From an uncultured Oscillospiraceae bacterium (lineage in GTDB: Bacteria > Bacillota > Clostridia > Oscillospirales > Ruminococcaceae), in the NCBI GenBank assembly GCA_900542145.1, contig UQMF01000002.1, positions 136,847 through 200,846 on the forward strand: a DNA stretch of 64,000 bases. Reading direction: 5' to 3'. The notes beneath the pieces are model-generated. The model ran no database searches. It was not told where the DNA came from and worked only from the letters and a program-made list of their open reading frames with translations. Made by a program: the position numbers and the translations under genes. Positions 25,967-35,323 of the stretch are shown piece after piece. How positions within the stretch are numbered: position 1 is the first letter of the stretch; each line of letters starts with the position of its first letter.

Positions 25967-27023
25967 ATTCTGCCTTTATCGCCCAGCGCATTTTTGTTGA
26001 CTTTGACCGTGGATTCTTCACGCATTCCTCCGGCGTGGGGCGGATCACGTCCCGGGCGACGTCGCTGTACACGCCCTCGCGGTGCAGCTCCTTGAAGGAG
26101 CGCTTGACCAGCCTGTCCTCTCCGGAGTGGAACGTGAGTATTGCGGCTCTTCCGCCCGGAGCAAGTATTCCCGGCAGCTTTTCCAGGAAGGAGTACAGCA
26201 CCTCGAATTCGCTGTTCACGTCGATCCTGATCGCCTGGAAAGTCCGCTGGCAGGACTTCTTGATGATCTCCTTCTTCTCGCCCTTCGGGAGGAAGTCCAG
26301 CGCTTCGGTAATGCACTCGCGCAGCTGCGTTGTGGTGGCGATGAATGTTCCCTTATTGCGCCAGCGCATTATGGTGCGTGCAATCTGTTCCGCGTAGGGT
26401 TCGTCGGAGTTCTCGGTGAGCATTCCGACTATCTCGGCATAGGTAAGCTCCTGAAGGCGCTCGGCTCCGCTCTTGCCTTTTCTGGGATTCATTCTGAGGT
26501 CGAGGGGACCGTCCACCTTGTAGGAGAATCCGCGCTCCGGATTGTCGATCTGCATGGAGCTGACTCCCAGGTCCGCAAGGACGAAATTGAACTTCTTTCC
26601 GGTGTCGGCGGCTACCTTGTCGATGTCCGCGAAATTCTGTAAGCGCACCGTGAGGATATCATCGCCGTAGCCGAGATCGTTAAGCCGCTTTTTTGTCTTT
26701 TCGGATTCTATAGGATCAACGTCCAGCGCGTAAATATGTCCGCTGCCGTTCAGCTTGTCCAGCATTGCCCGGGTGTGGCCGCCGTATCCGAGGGTGGCGT
26801 CAAGTCCGGTCTGTCCCGGCTGAATATTCAGAAAGTCGAGTATCTCGTTCACCATGATGGAGATATGCATTCCTGCCGGAGTAGCACCCCGGGAGATGAT
26901 GTGCTCAATATCCTTGGCGTATTTTTCCGGATTCAGCTCCTTGTATTTCTCTTCAAAGCGCCTGGGGTGAGTCCCCGAGTAGCGCACTCTGCGTTTGTGC
27001 TGTACTTCTTCTTCGTTGCTCAT
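25965..27023 (-). CDS. RsmH/MraW-like S-adenosylmethionine-dependent rRNA methyltransferase paralog with a basic N-terminal extension
   Basis: Motifs DATLGYGGHTRAML, DLGVSSMQID and FSYKVDGPLDLRM match the RsmH family. About 50 aa Lys/Arg-rich N-terminal extension. It is not in an mraZ-rsmH-ftsL context. Confidence 0.7.
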   Translation of the reverse strand: MSNEEEVQHKRRVRYSGTHPRRFEEKYKELNPEKYAKDIEHIISRGATPAGMHISIMVNEILDFLNIQPGQTGLDATLGYGGHTRAMLDKLNGSGHIYALDVDPIESEKTKKRLNDLGYGDDILTVRLQNFADIDKVAADTGKKFNFVLADLGVSSMQIDNPERGFSYKVDGPLDLRMNPRKGKSGAERLQELTYAEIVGMLTENSDEPYAEQIARTIMRWRNKGTFIATTTQLRECITEALDFLPKGEKKEIIKKSCQRTFQAIRIDVNSEFEVLYSFLEKLPGILAPGGRAAILTFHSGEDRLVKRSFKELHREGVYSDVARDVIRPTPEECVKNPRSKSTKMRWAIKAE

Positions 27024-27098
27024 GTCGTTTCCTTTCGTCGTATATTACTTATATATTGTATTATGTTTTCGCCGGATTGTCAAGTGCGAATTCCGCTA

Positions 27099-27127
27099 TT
27101 GACATATTTCTGCATATGTGGTACAAT
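27099..27127 (+). promoter_or_regulatory. Sigma-A promoter TTGACA-17-TACAAT with TGn
   Basis: Canonical hexamers. Confidence 0.5.
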
Positions 27128-27217
27128 TGATTGCAGGTAATTATTATTACTGCCTGGCACAGTTAGATATTGCTAACGCTATGGCAGTCCCGGAAAGGGA
27201 AGAAAGGGAGACCACAG

Positions 27218-27838
27218 ATGACTATCACAAAGATATTTATGCTTGTCGCGTGTATTTCGCACCTTGCAACGATGGAGTGCGACCGGCTGATAACATACAC
27301 GCCGAACGGCAGGTTCGGATTCCCGGCGCTCAAGGACAACGAGCAGCTGTCAAAGCTGTTTGACGGAACTCCGCTGAAGCGCGCCATGATATCCATGGTG
27401 CTTGGCGTGTATTCCCTCGCGGTGTCGTTCTTTGGCTATCTGGCGCTGGTCGAGTGGCTCCGGGAGTATTCCGTGGTGTATGCGGTGCTCATGCTCATCG
27501 GGGCGGTATTGTTCTTCCTGCCCGGCGTGGCGCACCATGTGTTCTTCGGCGCGATAGAGTGGTTCTATATCCGCTCCGGCAGGACCGAGGAATCCCGGAA
27601 GATGATCATGGAATTCTTCCGGAAAACTTCCTCCACGATGTACGTCTGCTATTTCGGTTTGCTCCTGTTTTCGGTGTCGCTTTTCATTCCTGTCGTCAGC
27701 GGAATCACGCCGCTTCCGCAGTGGGCGTGCGTGTTTAATATCCTTCCGCTGTTTATAGTCCTCGCGCCGATAAGGATAGTGGGCACGGGTAATCTGGCAA
27801 GCGCCCTGATGTTCCTGGGACTGTTTATATTTATCTGA
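27218..27838 (+). CDS. Hypothetical integral membrane protein (about 6 transmembrane helices)
   Basis: Start at 27218 with an AAAGGGAG ribosome-binding site. Hydrophobic helices throughout. No recognisable family. Confidence 0.5.
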   Translation: MTITKIFMLVACISHLATMECDRLITYTPNGRFGFPALKDNEQLSKLFDGTPLKRAMISMVLGVYSLAVSFFGYLALVEWLREYSVVYAVLMLIGAVLFFLPGVAHHVFFGAIEWFYIRSGRTEESRKMIMEFFRKTSSTMYVCYFGLLLFSVSLFIPVVSGITPLPQWACVFNILPLFIVLAPIRIVGTGNLASALMFLGLFIFI

Positions 27839-27852
27839 GCGCGTTTATTCAG

Positions 27853-27895
27853 CTCCCCTTTTGCTGTTTTCTCTGGCAGAAGGGGACTTTTTTAT
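27853..27895 (+). terminator. Rho-independent terminator
   Basis: Stem TCCCCTT...AAGGGGA followed by CTTTTTTA. Confidence 0.5.
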
Positions 27896-28034
27896 GCGCC
27901 GGGGACAATTTATACAAAAAATTACTATAAATTTTGTTGAGTCTGTTAATTTACAAATTAGCTAAAATGACTTAAAATAGTATTATACATATTTAATAAG
28001 TAATTGCCGGCAAATGGCATGAAAGGATATTCAA

Positions 28035-29051
28035 ATGACGAAAAAAGCCGTTACCATGAGTGACATCGCAAAGGCTATGAATGTCAGCACCGTAACCGTA
28101 TCCAAGGCGCTTGGCGACCGGGACGGCGTAAGTGCGGAGCTGCGCGAGAGGATCAAGCAGAAAGCCACGGAGATGGGCTACCGCGTCCACGCAGGCACTC
28201 ACGGTGCAAAGGACGGACTGACCTACAACATCGGAATAATCGTTGCCAAGCACTTCATCAGCGACGCAAGTTCCTTCTACTGGATCGTGTACCGCTACAT
28301 TGTCGAGCTTCTCCAGAAGCAGAACTATTACGGCATGCTTGAGGTTGTCAACGACCACAACGGCATGGAGGAGATCCCGAATTCCGTACTTGACCACAAG
28401 GTGGACGGACTTATCGTGCTGGGACAGCTTTCCGACGAGTACATCAGCAAGCTTATCAGCCACCAGCTCCCCACGGTTTTCCTGGATTTCTACGGCAGCC
28501 GCGAGGACGCAGACGCAGTGCTTTCCGATAACTTCTATGGAGCGTATATGCTGACGAGCCACCTTATCGAAAACGGCCACCGCCGCATCGGATTTCTGGG
28601 AAGTATCGGCTCCACCAGCAGCATTCAGGACAGATACCTCGGATATTACAAGGCGCTGCTTGAGAACCGCATTCCGCTGCGCCAGGATTGGGTGATCGGC
28701 GACCGCTCTAACGAGAGCGACATATTCCCGGAGTTCACCCTTCCGCAGGATATGCCAACCGCATTCGTCTGCAATTGCGATGAAACCGCATACAAGCTCG
28801 TGAATCAGCTGAAGAACGCCGGATACAGCGTTCCGGAGGATATCTCCGTCGTGGGCTACGACAACCACATTTATTCCACAATCTGCAACCCCAGGCTCAC
28901 AACGATAGACGTGAACAGCCGCGTGATGAGTACCGAAGCCGTGGATATAATCCTGCACAAGATACGCGATGTGAACTACCGCCGCGGAAGAACCCTGGTG
29001 ACCGGAAAGCTGGTCCGCCGAGAGAGCGTGAAGAAGCTGACAGAAGAATAA
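28035..29051 (+). CDS. LacI family transcriptional regulator
   Basis: N-terminal helix-turn-helix MSDIAKAMNVSTVTVSKAL. Periplasmic-binding-protein-like sugar-binding core. Confidence 0.9.
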   Translation: MTKKAVTMSDIAKAMNVSTVTVSKALGDRDGVSAELRERIKQKATEMGYRVHAGTHGAKDGLTYNIGIIVAKHFISDASSFYWIVYRYIVELLQKQNYYGMLEVVNDHNGMEEIPNSVLDHKVDGLIVLGQLSDEYISKLISHQLPTVFLDFYGSREDADAVLSDNFYGAYMLTSHLIENGHRRIGFLGSIGSTSSIQDRYLGYYKALLENRIPLRQDWVIGDRSNESDIFPEFTLPQDMPTAFVCNCDETAYKLVNQLKNAGYSVPEDISVVGYDNHIYSTICNPRLTTIDVNSRVMSTEAVDIILHKIRDVNYRRGRTLVTGKLVRRESVKKLTEE

Positions 29052-29092
29052 AAATAAAGCCCCCGGATAAATTTCCGGGGGCCCTGTTTGTT
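29052..29092. terminator. Bidirectional terminator between the LacI regulator (+) and sigA (-)
   Basis: Hairpin GCCCCCGGATAAATTTCCGGGGGC with AAAAATAAA upstream and TGTTTGTT downstream. Confidence 0.6.
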
Positions 29093-29094
29093 AC

Positions 29095-30165
29095 TCAATC
29101 GAGGAATATACGCAGATTCTTGCTGCGGGACTGTTGGCGGAGTTTCCTCAGCGCCTTTGCTTCTATCTGGCGGATTCGCTCTCGGGTGACGTTGAATTCC
29201 TTGCCGACCTCCTCAAGGGTGTGGGAGCGATCGCTGCCGATTCCGTAGCGGAACTTGAGTACGTCGCGTTCCCTTGCCGGGAGGGTGTCCAGCGCCTTGT
29301 TAAGCTCGTCCTTGAACACGGACTGCATGGCGCTGTCGATAGGCGCCGGCGCGTCCTCGTCCGGAATGAAATCTCCCAGAAAACTGTCCTCTTCCTCGCC
29401 GACCGGTGCCTCGAGGGAAACAGGGTCCTGTGCAATGCGGATTATCTCGCGCACACGTTCGGGAGTCATATTAAGTTCCTTGGCAACCTCCTCGACGGTG
29501 GGCTCGTGACCATTGCGGTGGAGCAGGAGGTTCTGCGCTTTCTTGACCTTGGTGATGGTTTCCACCATATGAACGGGGATTCGGATAGTCCTTGCCTGGT
29601 CCGCGATTGCCCTGGAAATAGACTGGCGTATCCACCATGTTGCGTAAGTGGAGAACTTGTATCCCTTTGTGTGGTCGAACTTCTCAACAGCCTTGATGAG
29701 TCCGATGTAGCCCTCCTGGATAAGGTCCAGGAAAGGCATTCCTCTGCCGACAAAGTGCTTTGCAATGCTGACGACAAGACGCAGGTTCGCTTCAATAAGC
29801 CTGTCTCTCGCGTACTGGTCGCCGGAGCTGATCTTTTCCGCAAGCTGTATCTCCTCCTCGGCGGAGAGCAGGGGAATGCGCCCTATCTCCTTGAGGTGTA
29901 CCTTCACGGGGTCGTCAACTGCAATGCCGTCGGTGGAATAGTCGCTGTCATCGTCGTTGGTGAAATCCAGGGCGTTGTCCAGGTCGCCGGTCACGATGTC
30001 GTCAACTATCTCGATGTTGTTGCTTTCAAGGTCATCATACAGCTTGTTTATCTGTTCAGCGTCAATATCCATCTCCTCGATGGCGTCGGTTATCTCCTTG
30101 GTGGTGAGCTTTCCGTTCTGCTTTCCGCGCTCGAGAAGCTCGCTGATAACTTTAGAGTTGCTCAT
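29095..30165 (-). CDS. sigA: RNA polymerase sigma-70 family primary-like sigma factor, second (distal) copy
   Basis: 356 aa. Regions 1.2, 2, 3 and 4 are all present, including [29 protein letters not shown] and [34 protein letters not shown] ribosome-binding site. It lies 43 nt downstream of the first copy. Confidence 0.85.
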   Translation of the reverse strand: MSNSKVISELLERGKQNGKLTTKEITDAIEEMDIDAEQINKLYDDLESNNIEIVDDIVTGDLDNALDFTNDDDSDYSTDGIAVDDPVKVHLKEIGRIPLLSAEEEIQLAEKISSGDQYARDRLIEANLRLVVSIAKHFVGRGMPFLDLIQEGYIGLIKAVEKFDHTKGYKFSTYATWWIRQSISRAIADQARTIRIPVHMVETITKVKKAQNLLLHRNGHEPTVEEVAKELNMTPERVREIIRIAQDPVSLEAPVGEEEDSFLGDFIPDEDAPAPIDSAMQSVFKDELNKALDTLPARERDVLKFRYGIGSDRSHTLEEVGKEFNVTRERIRQIEAKALRKLRQQSRSKNLRIFLD

Positions 30166-30208
30166 TATTTGTCCTTTCCAGTGTTATTATGTACAAGCAA
30201 TGATGATA

Positions 30209-31300
30209 TCATTCCAGGAAGTCCTTCAGTTTCTTGCTGCGGGTGGGGTGGCGGAGCTTTCGCAGCGCCTTTGTTTCGATCTGGCGGATTCTCTCACGGG
30301 TGACCTGGAATTCCTGCCCGACCTCTTCAAGGGTTCTCTGCCTGCCGTCGATAAGACCGAATCGCAGGATTATAACGCGCTTCTCTCTCTCGGTAAGTGT
30401 ATCCAGCACTTCGCCCAGCGTCTGTTTGAGAACACTGTTGCATGCCTCGTCCGCCGGAGCCGGAGCGTCCTCGTCCGGAATGAAGTCGCCCAGGTGGCTG
30501 TCCTCCTCCTCGCCGATAGGGGTTTCAAGGGAAACGGGGTCCTGCGCGATACGGATTATTTCGCGTACCTTGTCCAGCGGCATGTTGAGCTTTTCCGCGA
30601 TCTCGTCCTCGGTCGGCTCGTAGCCGTTCTCGTGGAGGAGCTGACTCTGCATTTTCTTTACCTTTGTGATGGTTTCCACCATGTGAACGGGGATTCGGAT
30701 AGTTCTTGCCTGATCTGCAATGGCACGGGTTATGGACTGCCTGATCCACCATGTGGCGTAGGTGGAGAACTTGAATCCCTTTGTGTAGTCAAACTTATCC
30801 ACAGCCTTGATCAGTCCGAGGTTGCCCTCCTGTATCAGGTCAAGGAACTGCATTCCGCGGCGGACGTATTTCTTCGCGATGCTTACCACCAGACGGAGGT
30901 TGGCTTCGCTAAGGCGCTTCTTTGCGGCAGGATCGCCGTTTGCCATGCGCTCGGCAAGCTTGATCTCCTCCTCAGTGGTGAGCAGGGGAATGCGGCCTAT
31001 CTCCTTGAGGTAGAGCTTTACGGAGTCGTCCGCGAGCATTCCGTCGGTGTCGTAGCTTTCGTCGGCATTCTCGGATTCCGCCAGGTCGATAAGGCTCTCG
31101 ATATCCAGGTCGGCGGTATAGTCATCGACGATCTTTATATTAAGATTGTCAAGCTCCTCATAAAGCCCGTTGATCTGCTCCGCGTCAAAATTCAGCTCCT
31201 CAAGGACGTCTGTGATCTCCTTTGTGGTGAGGCTTCCTTTTTGCTTTCCCTGTGTGAGCAGGTCACGGAGTGACGCTCCGCTGCCGTTGTTCTCTGTCAT
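30209..31300 (-). CDS. sigA: RNA polymerase sigma-70 family primary-like sigma factor, first copy, coupled to dnaG
   Basis: 363 aa with the same region architecture and about 70% identity to the distal copy by eye. ATGA overlap with the dnaG stop. Confidence 0.85.
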   Translation of the reverse strand: MTENNGSGASLRDLLTQGKQKGSLTTKEITDVLEELNFDAEQINGLYEELDNLNIKIVDDYTADLDIESLIDLAESENADESYDTDGMLADDSVKLYLKEIGRIPLLTTEEEIKLAERMANGDPAAKKRLSEANLRLVVSIAKKYVRRGMQFLDLIQEGNLGLIKAVDKFDYTKGFKFSTYATWWIRQSITRAIADQARTIRIPVHMVETITKVKKMQSQLLHENGYEPTEDEIAEKLNMPLDKVREIIRIAQDPVSLETPIGEEEDSHLGDFIPDEDAPAPADEACNSVLKQTLGEVLDTLTEREKRVIILRFGLIDGRQRTLEEVGQEFQVTRERIRQIETKALRKLRHPTRSKKLKDFLE

Positions 31301-33048
31301 TTGCTTTTCTTCTCCTTTAGCTTTTGTGCCAGCGTGAGCAGGTCGTCCTCGGACATGCTGCCGGCTTCTCTCTGATTTATATTGTCATGATACTCGTTGA
31401 GCACCCTGATATAATCGTTCACGGCGTCCTCTGAATTGGCGAACTTCGAAAAGTCGTTCAGCGTGCCGTATATTCTCCCGACTTCCTCGGTGGAGAAAGC
31501 CTCGTTGAACATTGTACCGGCAAAATTCGCCCCGGAATTATGCTTTTGTTCCATAAATTCGAACACGCGCCGGTTGAAATCCGTGGCGAAGCCGCCGGGC
31601 AGCTTTCTGCGCACTGCGGCGAGCTTGTCCGGATTCTGGAACACATAACAGATAATGCCGCGCTCCGCCTTTTCCTCCCGGGGGAGCTTTGCGGCTTCCG
31701 GATTCACCTTGTCGGTATTTCTCGGGGAGATAAGGCTGCGGTATTCGTCCCTGTCAGATTTCTTTTTCTGTCGGGAAATTTCGCTCTCCACGGCGTATCT
31801 TACCGTGTCCGCCGGGACTCTCGCGGTGTCCGCCGCCTTCGAGATGTAGACGGCGCGCTCCAGCGAGCTTCGTATCTGCGCCAGGAATACCACCGCCTTT
31901 TTCAGGTAGGCGGCTCTGTCCTCCTCTTTGGCGAGGTCAAGCCCGTAGCACAGCTTTCCCATCTCGTAGTCGATCGCTCCGCCGGAGCTTTCGATAAGGT
32001 GGGCAAAAGCCTGCGCCCCGAATTTCTTGATGTATTCGTCGGGGTCCTTTGCGCCGGTCATCTGGAGTACCCGGGCCTTCACGCCGGCTTCGCTGAGAAG
32101 GTTTATTCCCCGGGAAGCCGCCTTCTGGCCCGGACCGTCGCTGTCGTAGGAGAGTATCACCTCGGATTTCCCCATGCGCCCGATAAGCCGCGCCTGGGTA
32201 GCGGTTATCGCGGTGCCGAGAGTAGCCACCGCGCTGTCGAATCCTGCCTGATGCATGGAGATGACGTCCATGTACCCCTCGCAGAGAATGAAGTAGTCTG
32301 CCTTAGAATTCTTGGCGTAGTTCAGCGCAAACAGGTTGTCGCGCTTCTGGAACACATAGGTTTCGGAGCTGTTGAGGTATTTCGCCGGCGCGTCGGAAGC
32401 AAGCGCCCTACCGCCGAAGGCGATGATATTGCCGCGCGTGTCGAAAATCGGGAACATCACACGGTTGACGAACTTGTCGTAAACGCGGTTGTTGTTGCGC
32501 ACCAATAGGGAGCCATCCACCAGTTCGTCCTCGGAGAATCCGAGGTTTCTCATGTAGTAGTGCAGCTTGTGGTAATCGTTCACCGCATATCCTATCCCGA
32601 AATGCCGGATAGTATGCTCGTTCAGCTGGCGCCCGGTAATGTAATTCCAGCCATCTGCGCCTTCCGGGGCGAACAGCTGACGGTGGAAGAACTTCCCGGC
32701 TTCGCGGTTCATTTCGTACAGCCTGCGGCGTTTACGGGCGGAATCGTCGTCGCGGTCCTCCGGCATAGCCATTCCGGAGCGCTGCGCCAGGAATCTCACC
32801 GCCTCGATGTAGTCAAGGTTCTCGATAGTGCGGATAAAGGTGATGACGTCGCCGCCGGCGCCGCAGCCGAAGCAGTAGTAGCTCTGGGTGTTCGGGTAGA
32901 CATGGAATGACGGCGTGCGCTCCGAGTGGAACGGGCAGCGGCAGGAAAACGTGCTCCCGGACCTCTTCAGCTCGACATAATTTTCTATAACAGAAACGAT
33001 CTCGTTGCTGTCGCGGAGTTCCTGAAGAAAACCCTCCGGCAGTGCCAT
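31297..33048 (-). CDS. dnaG: DNA primase
   Basis: Zinc ribbon [15 protein letters not shown]...CFGCG. TOPRIM region EGYMDVIS. C-terminal helicase-interaction domain. Confidence 0.95.
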   Translation of the reverse strand: MALPEGFLQELRDSNEIVSVIENYVELKRSGSTFSCRCPFHSERTPSFHVYPNTQSYYCFGCGAGGDVITFIRTIENLDYIEAVRFLAQRSGMAMPEDRDDDSARKRRRLYEMNREAGKFFHRQLFAPEGADGWNYITGRQLNEHTIRHFGIGYAVNDYHKLHYYMRNLGFSEDELVDGSLLVRNNNRVYDKFVNRVMFPIFDTRGNIIAFGGRALASDAPAKYLNSSETYVFQKRDNLFALNYAKNSKADYFILCEGYMDVISMHQAGFDSAVATLGTAITATQARLIGRMGKSEVILSYDSDGPGQKAASRGINLLSEAGVKARVLQMTGAKDPDEYIKKFGAQAFAHLIESSGGAIDYEMGKLCYGLDLAKEEDRAAYLKKAVVFLAQIRSSLERAVYISKAADTARVPADTVRYAVESEISRQKKKSDRDEYRSLISPRNTDKVNPEAAKLPREEKAERGIICYVFQNPDKLAAVRRKLPGGFATDFNRRVFEFMEQKHNSGANFAGTMFNEAFSTEEVGRIYGTLNDFSKFANSEDAVNDYIRVLNEYHDNINQREAGSMSEDDLLTLAQKLKEKKSK

Positions 33049-33075
33049 ATTCTCACCCCATATTCTGTATTTTGA

Positions 33076-34098
33076 TCAGACCAGCTTGGAAGGAGTGCCG
33101 TTCCAACCCTTGGGAATGCAGATCTCCATGAACAGGTCAACTGCGTAATCATCGGTCATGCCGCTGATGAAATCCCCTACGGCGGTAGGCTTGTCGAAGC
33201 GCTCCGCCAGCGTCAGATAAAGCCCCGGCATTTTCTCCGGGCGGTCTATAAAGAATTTGTAAAGGAACTCGACAATATACTGTGCCTTGTCCTTTTCCGC
33301 GATCGTGGGCGCGGCATGGTAAACATTGCTGAACATGAACGCGCGGAGCTCGTCGTGCGCCTTTTTCGTCACGTCGTCCATGTGGATATTCTCCGCTCCG
33401 CCTTCGACGAGGGAGCGCACCAGGGAAGCTATCCTCGCGGATTTTGTCTGCCCGAGGATCCTCACGGGTTCCTCCGGGAGGTCGTTCTCGCTGATAACTC
33501 CACCGCGTATCGCGTCGTCGATGTCGTGATTTATGTAGGCGATCTTGTCGCAGAACCGCACCACCATACCCTCACGGGTGTAGGGAAGCGGCGCCCTGCC
33601 GGAAGTAGTGTGTCCCACGATACCGTCGATAACTTCCGCGGTAAGGTTCAGCCCTCTGCCGTCCTTCTCGATGAATTCCACAACGCGCCTGCCCTGTAAG
33701 TTGTGTGCGAATCCGCCGGGCATAAGATTTGACAGGACGTACTCGCCGTCATGTCCGAAGGGAGTATGCCCAAGGTCGTGCCCCAGTGCGATGGCCTCAG
33801 TGAGATCCTCGTTGAGCCCCAGCGCCCGGGAAACCGTCCGGGATATCTGGCTTACCTCAAGGGTATGCGTGAGCCGCGTGCGGTAATGATCCGAATGAGG
33901 AATAAGAAACACCTGCGTTTTCCTCTTCAGCCTGCGGAATGCGCGGCAGTGGATTATCCTGTCGCGGTCTCTCTGGAAATCCGTTCGGAAATCGTCCGGC
34001 TCCTCCGGCATTGCGCGCCCCTTTGTGTCGGCGGCTTTGCAGGCATATTCGCTGAGTATCAGCGACTCGTTGTGCATGATACGTTCTCTGGGCTGCAT
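33076..34098 (-). CDS. dgt: dGTP triphosphohydrolase-like HD-domain protein
   Basis: HD motif (HTLEVSQI...GHDLGHTPFGH). The usual position upstream of dnaG. Start at ATG 34098 with a GAAAGGA ribosome-binding site. Confidence 0.8.
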   Translation of the reverse strand: MQPRERIMHNESLILSEYACKAADTKGRAMPEEPDDFRTDFQRDRDRIIHCRAFRRLKRKTQVFLIPHSDHYRTRLTHTLEVSQISRTVSRALGLNEDLTEAIALGHDLGHTPFGHDGEYVLSNLMPGGFAHNLQGRRVVEFIEKDGRGLNLTAEVIDGIVGHTTSGRAPLPYTREGMVVRFCDKIAYINHDIDDAIRGGVISENDLPEEPVRILGQTKSARIASLVRSLVEGGAENIHMDDVTKKAHDELRAFMFSNVYHAAPTIAEKDKAQYIVEFLYKFFIDRPEKMPGLYLTLAERFDKPTAVGDFISGMTDDYAVDLFMEICIPKGWNGTPSKLV

Positions 34099-34244
34099 GG
34101 TAAATCCTTTCACTATATCGGCAAAAGGGCGCAATTATCCCTCTATAATAGAATACACTTTTTTTGAGCGTAATACCTTTTTTGTCAGAGCATTTTTGTT
34201 AAAACTACACAAAAGAAAAAAATAAATGCACATTCCATAGGTTA

Positions 34245-34865
34245 TTATGCAAAATCGTAGTTTAGCTTTTCCAGCTCGTTGACTGAAATATTACCGTTGC
34301 AGCTGTCGATGAGCTTGTCGGAGAGCGTCTTGGCATTTTCCTCGCGGATACAAAGGGTGATTTGCACATTGTCGGCGAAGTCCTCTTTTTCCACCCTGGC
34401 GTCGAGGTCGGCGAAGATCTGCGCGAGTCTGCCATAAAGACCGTAGTCAACTGTGACTGCCATTCGCACCGCTGCTGCCATGCATTTTATCTGTGCGGCG
34501 TCCACGGCGTCTTTGGCGCCCCTGGTGTAGGCGCGGACAAGTCCGCCGGCGCCCAGGAGTATTCCCCCGAAATACCGCGTCACAACGCAGCACACGTCCG
34601 TCAGCCCCTCCTTTCGGAGCACCTCGTAAATGGGGACTCCGGCGGTGCCGCCCGGTTCCCCGTCGTCGGAGTGCCGCGCTGCATTGTTCTCCCGCAGAAT
34701 ATACGCGTAGCAGTTGTGGGTAGCCTTGCGGTGCATAGCGCGTATCTCCTCGATGAACGCGACGGCTTCCTCCTCCGTCCGGACGGGGCAGAGGTACCCT
34801 ATGAACTCGGATTTCTTCTCGATAAATCTGGCTTCGCAACGGCGCGCGATGGTCTTGTATTCCAT
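34245..34865 (-). CDS. yigZ: YigZ/IMPACT family protein (UPF0029)
   Basis: Start moved to ATG 34865 (MEYKTIARRCEARFIEKKSEFIGY), which has a GGAGG 6 nt upstream. Conserved SKFIG-like region and C-terminal DUF1949-like domain. Confidence 0.7.
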   Translation of the reverse strand: MEYKTIARRCEARFIEKKSEFIGYLCPVRTEEEAVAFIEEIRAMHRKATHNCYAYILRENNAARHSDDGEPGGTAGVPIYEVLRKEGLTDVCCVVTRYFGGILLGAGGLVRAYTRGAKDAVDAAQIKCMAAAVRMAVTVDYGLYGRLAQIFADLDARVEKEDFADNVQITLCIREENAKTLSDKLIDSCNGNISVNELEKLNYDFA

Positions 34866-34950
34866 GAGTACCTCCGTTATAAACGCAAAAACACACGCAG
34901 GGAGATCCGAGCGTGTGTTTTTAACTACTTTCAGTCTACCGGTTGAACAA

Positions 34951-35154
34951 TTACTTGCCCATGTTGTAGCGCTTCTTAAATCTGTCAACACGTCCGCCGG
35001 AGTCAACCAGCTTCTGCTTACCGGTGAAGAACGGATGGCACTTAGAGCAGATTTCTACTCTGATGTCCTTCTTGGTAGAGCGTGTCGGGATCTCGTTACC
35101 GCAAGCGCATCTGATTACAGTAGCTTCGTATACGGGATGAATACCTTCTTTCAT
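34951..35154 (-). CDS. rpmE: 50S ribosomal protein L31 (zinc-binding C+ form)
   Basis: [10 protein letters not shown]-terminus with Cys pairs C..C and C..C (RCACG, CSKCH). Start at ATG 35154 with a GAGGTG ribosome-binding site. Confidence 0.9.
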   Translation of the reverse strand: MKEGIHPVYEATVIRCACGNEIPTRSTKKDIRVEICSKCHPFFTGKQKLVDSGGRVDRFKKRYNMGK

Positions 35155-35239
35155 GAATTTCACCTCAATCCATATATGCCAAACCCTGGTTTGCTTACCA
35201 TCAGCGGTTCAGACCTTGGCATAGTCATTACAATTATAT

Positions 35240-35268
35240 ATTCTATCACAACTTTCTAGAAATTGCAA
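35240..35268 (-). promoter_or_regulatory. Sigma-A promoter TTGCAA-17-TAGAAT on the - strand for rpmE
   Basis: Hexamer complements at 35263-35268 and 35240-35245. Confidence 0.45.
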
Positions 35269-35323
35269 TAGGTTTTCAGAAATTTTCTGAAATTTTTTCG
35301 TTCCACATGGAACTTACTTCCAA

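Noticed and set aside
35276-35300. AT-rich palindrome TTCAGAAATTTTCTGAA followed by TTTTTT downstream of pgcA
   Set aside because: It looks like a terminator only on the + strand, where no gene ends. It does not match a Zur box, and this L31 is the Zn-binding C+ form. It is probably part of the rpmE upstream AT-rich promoter region.
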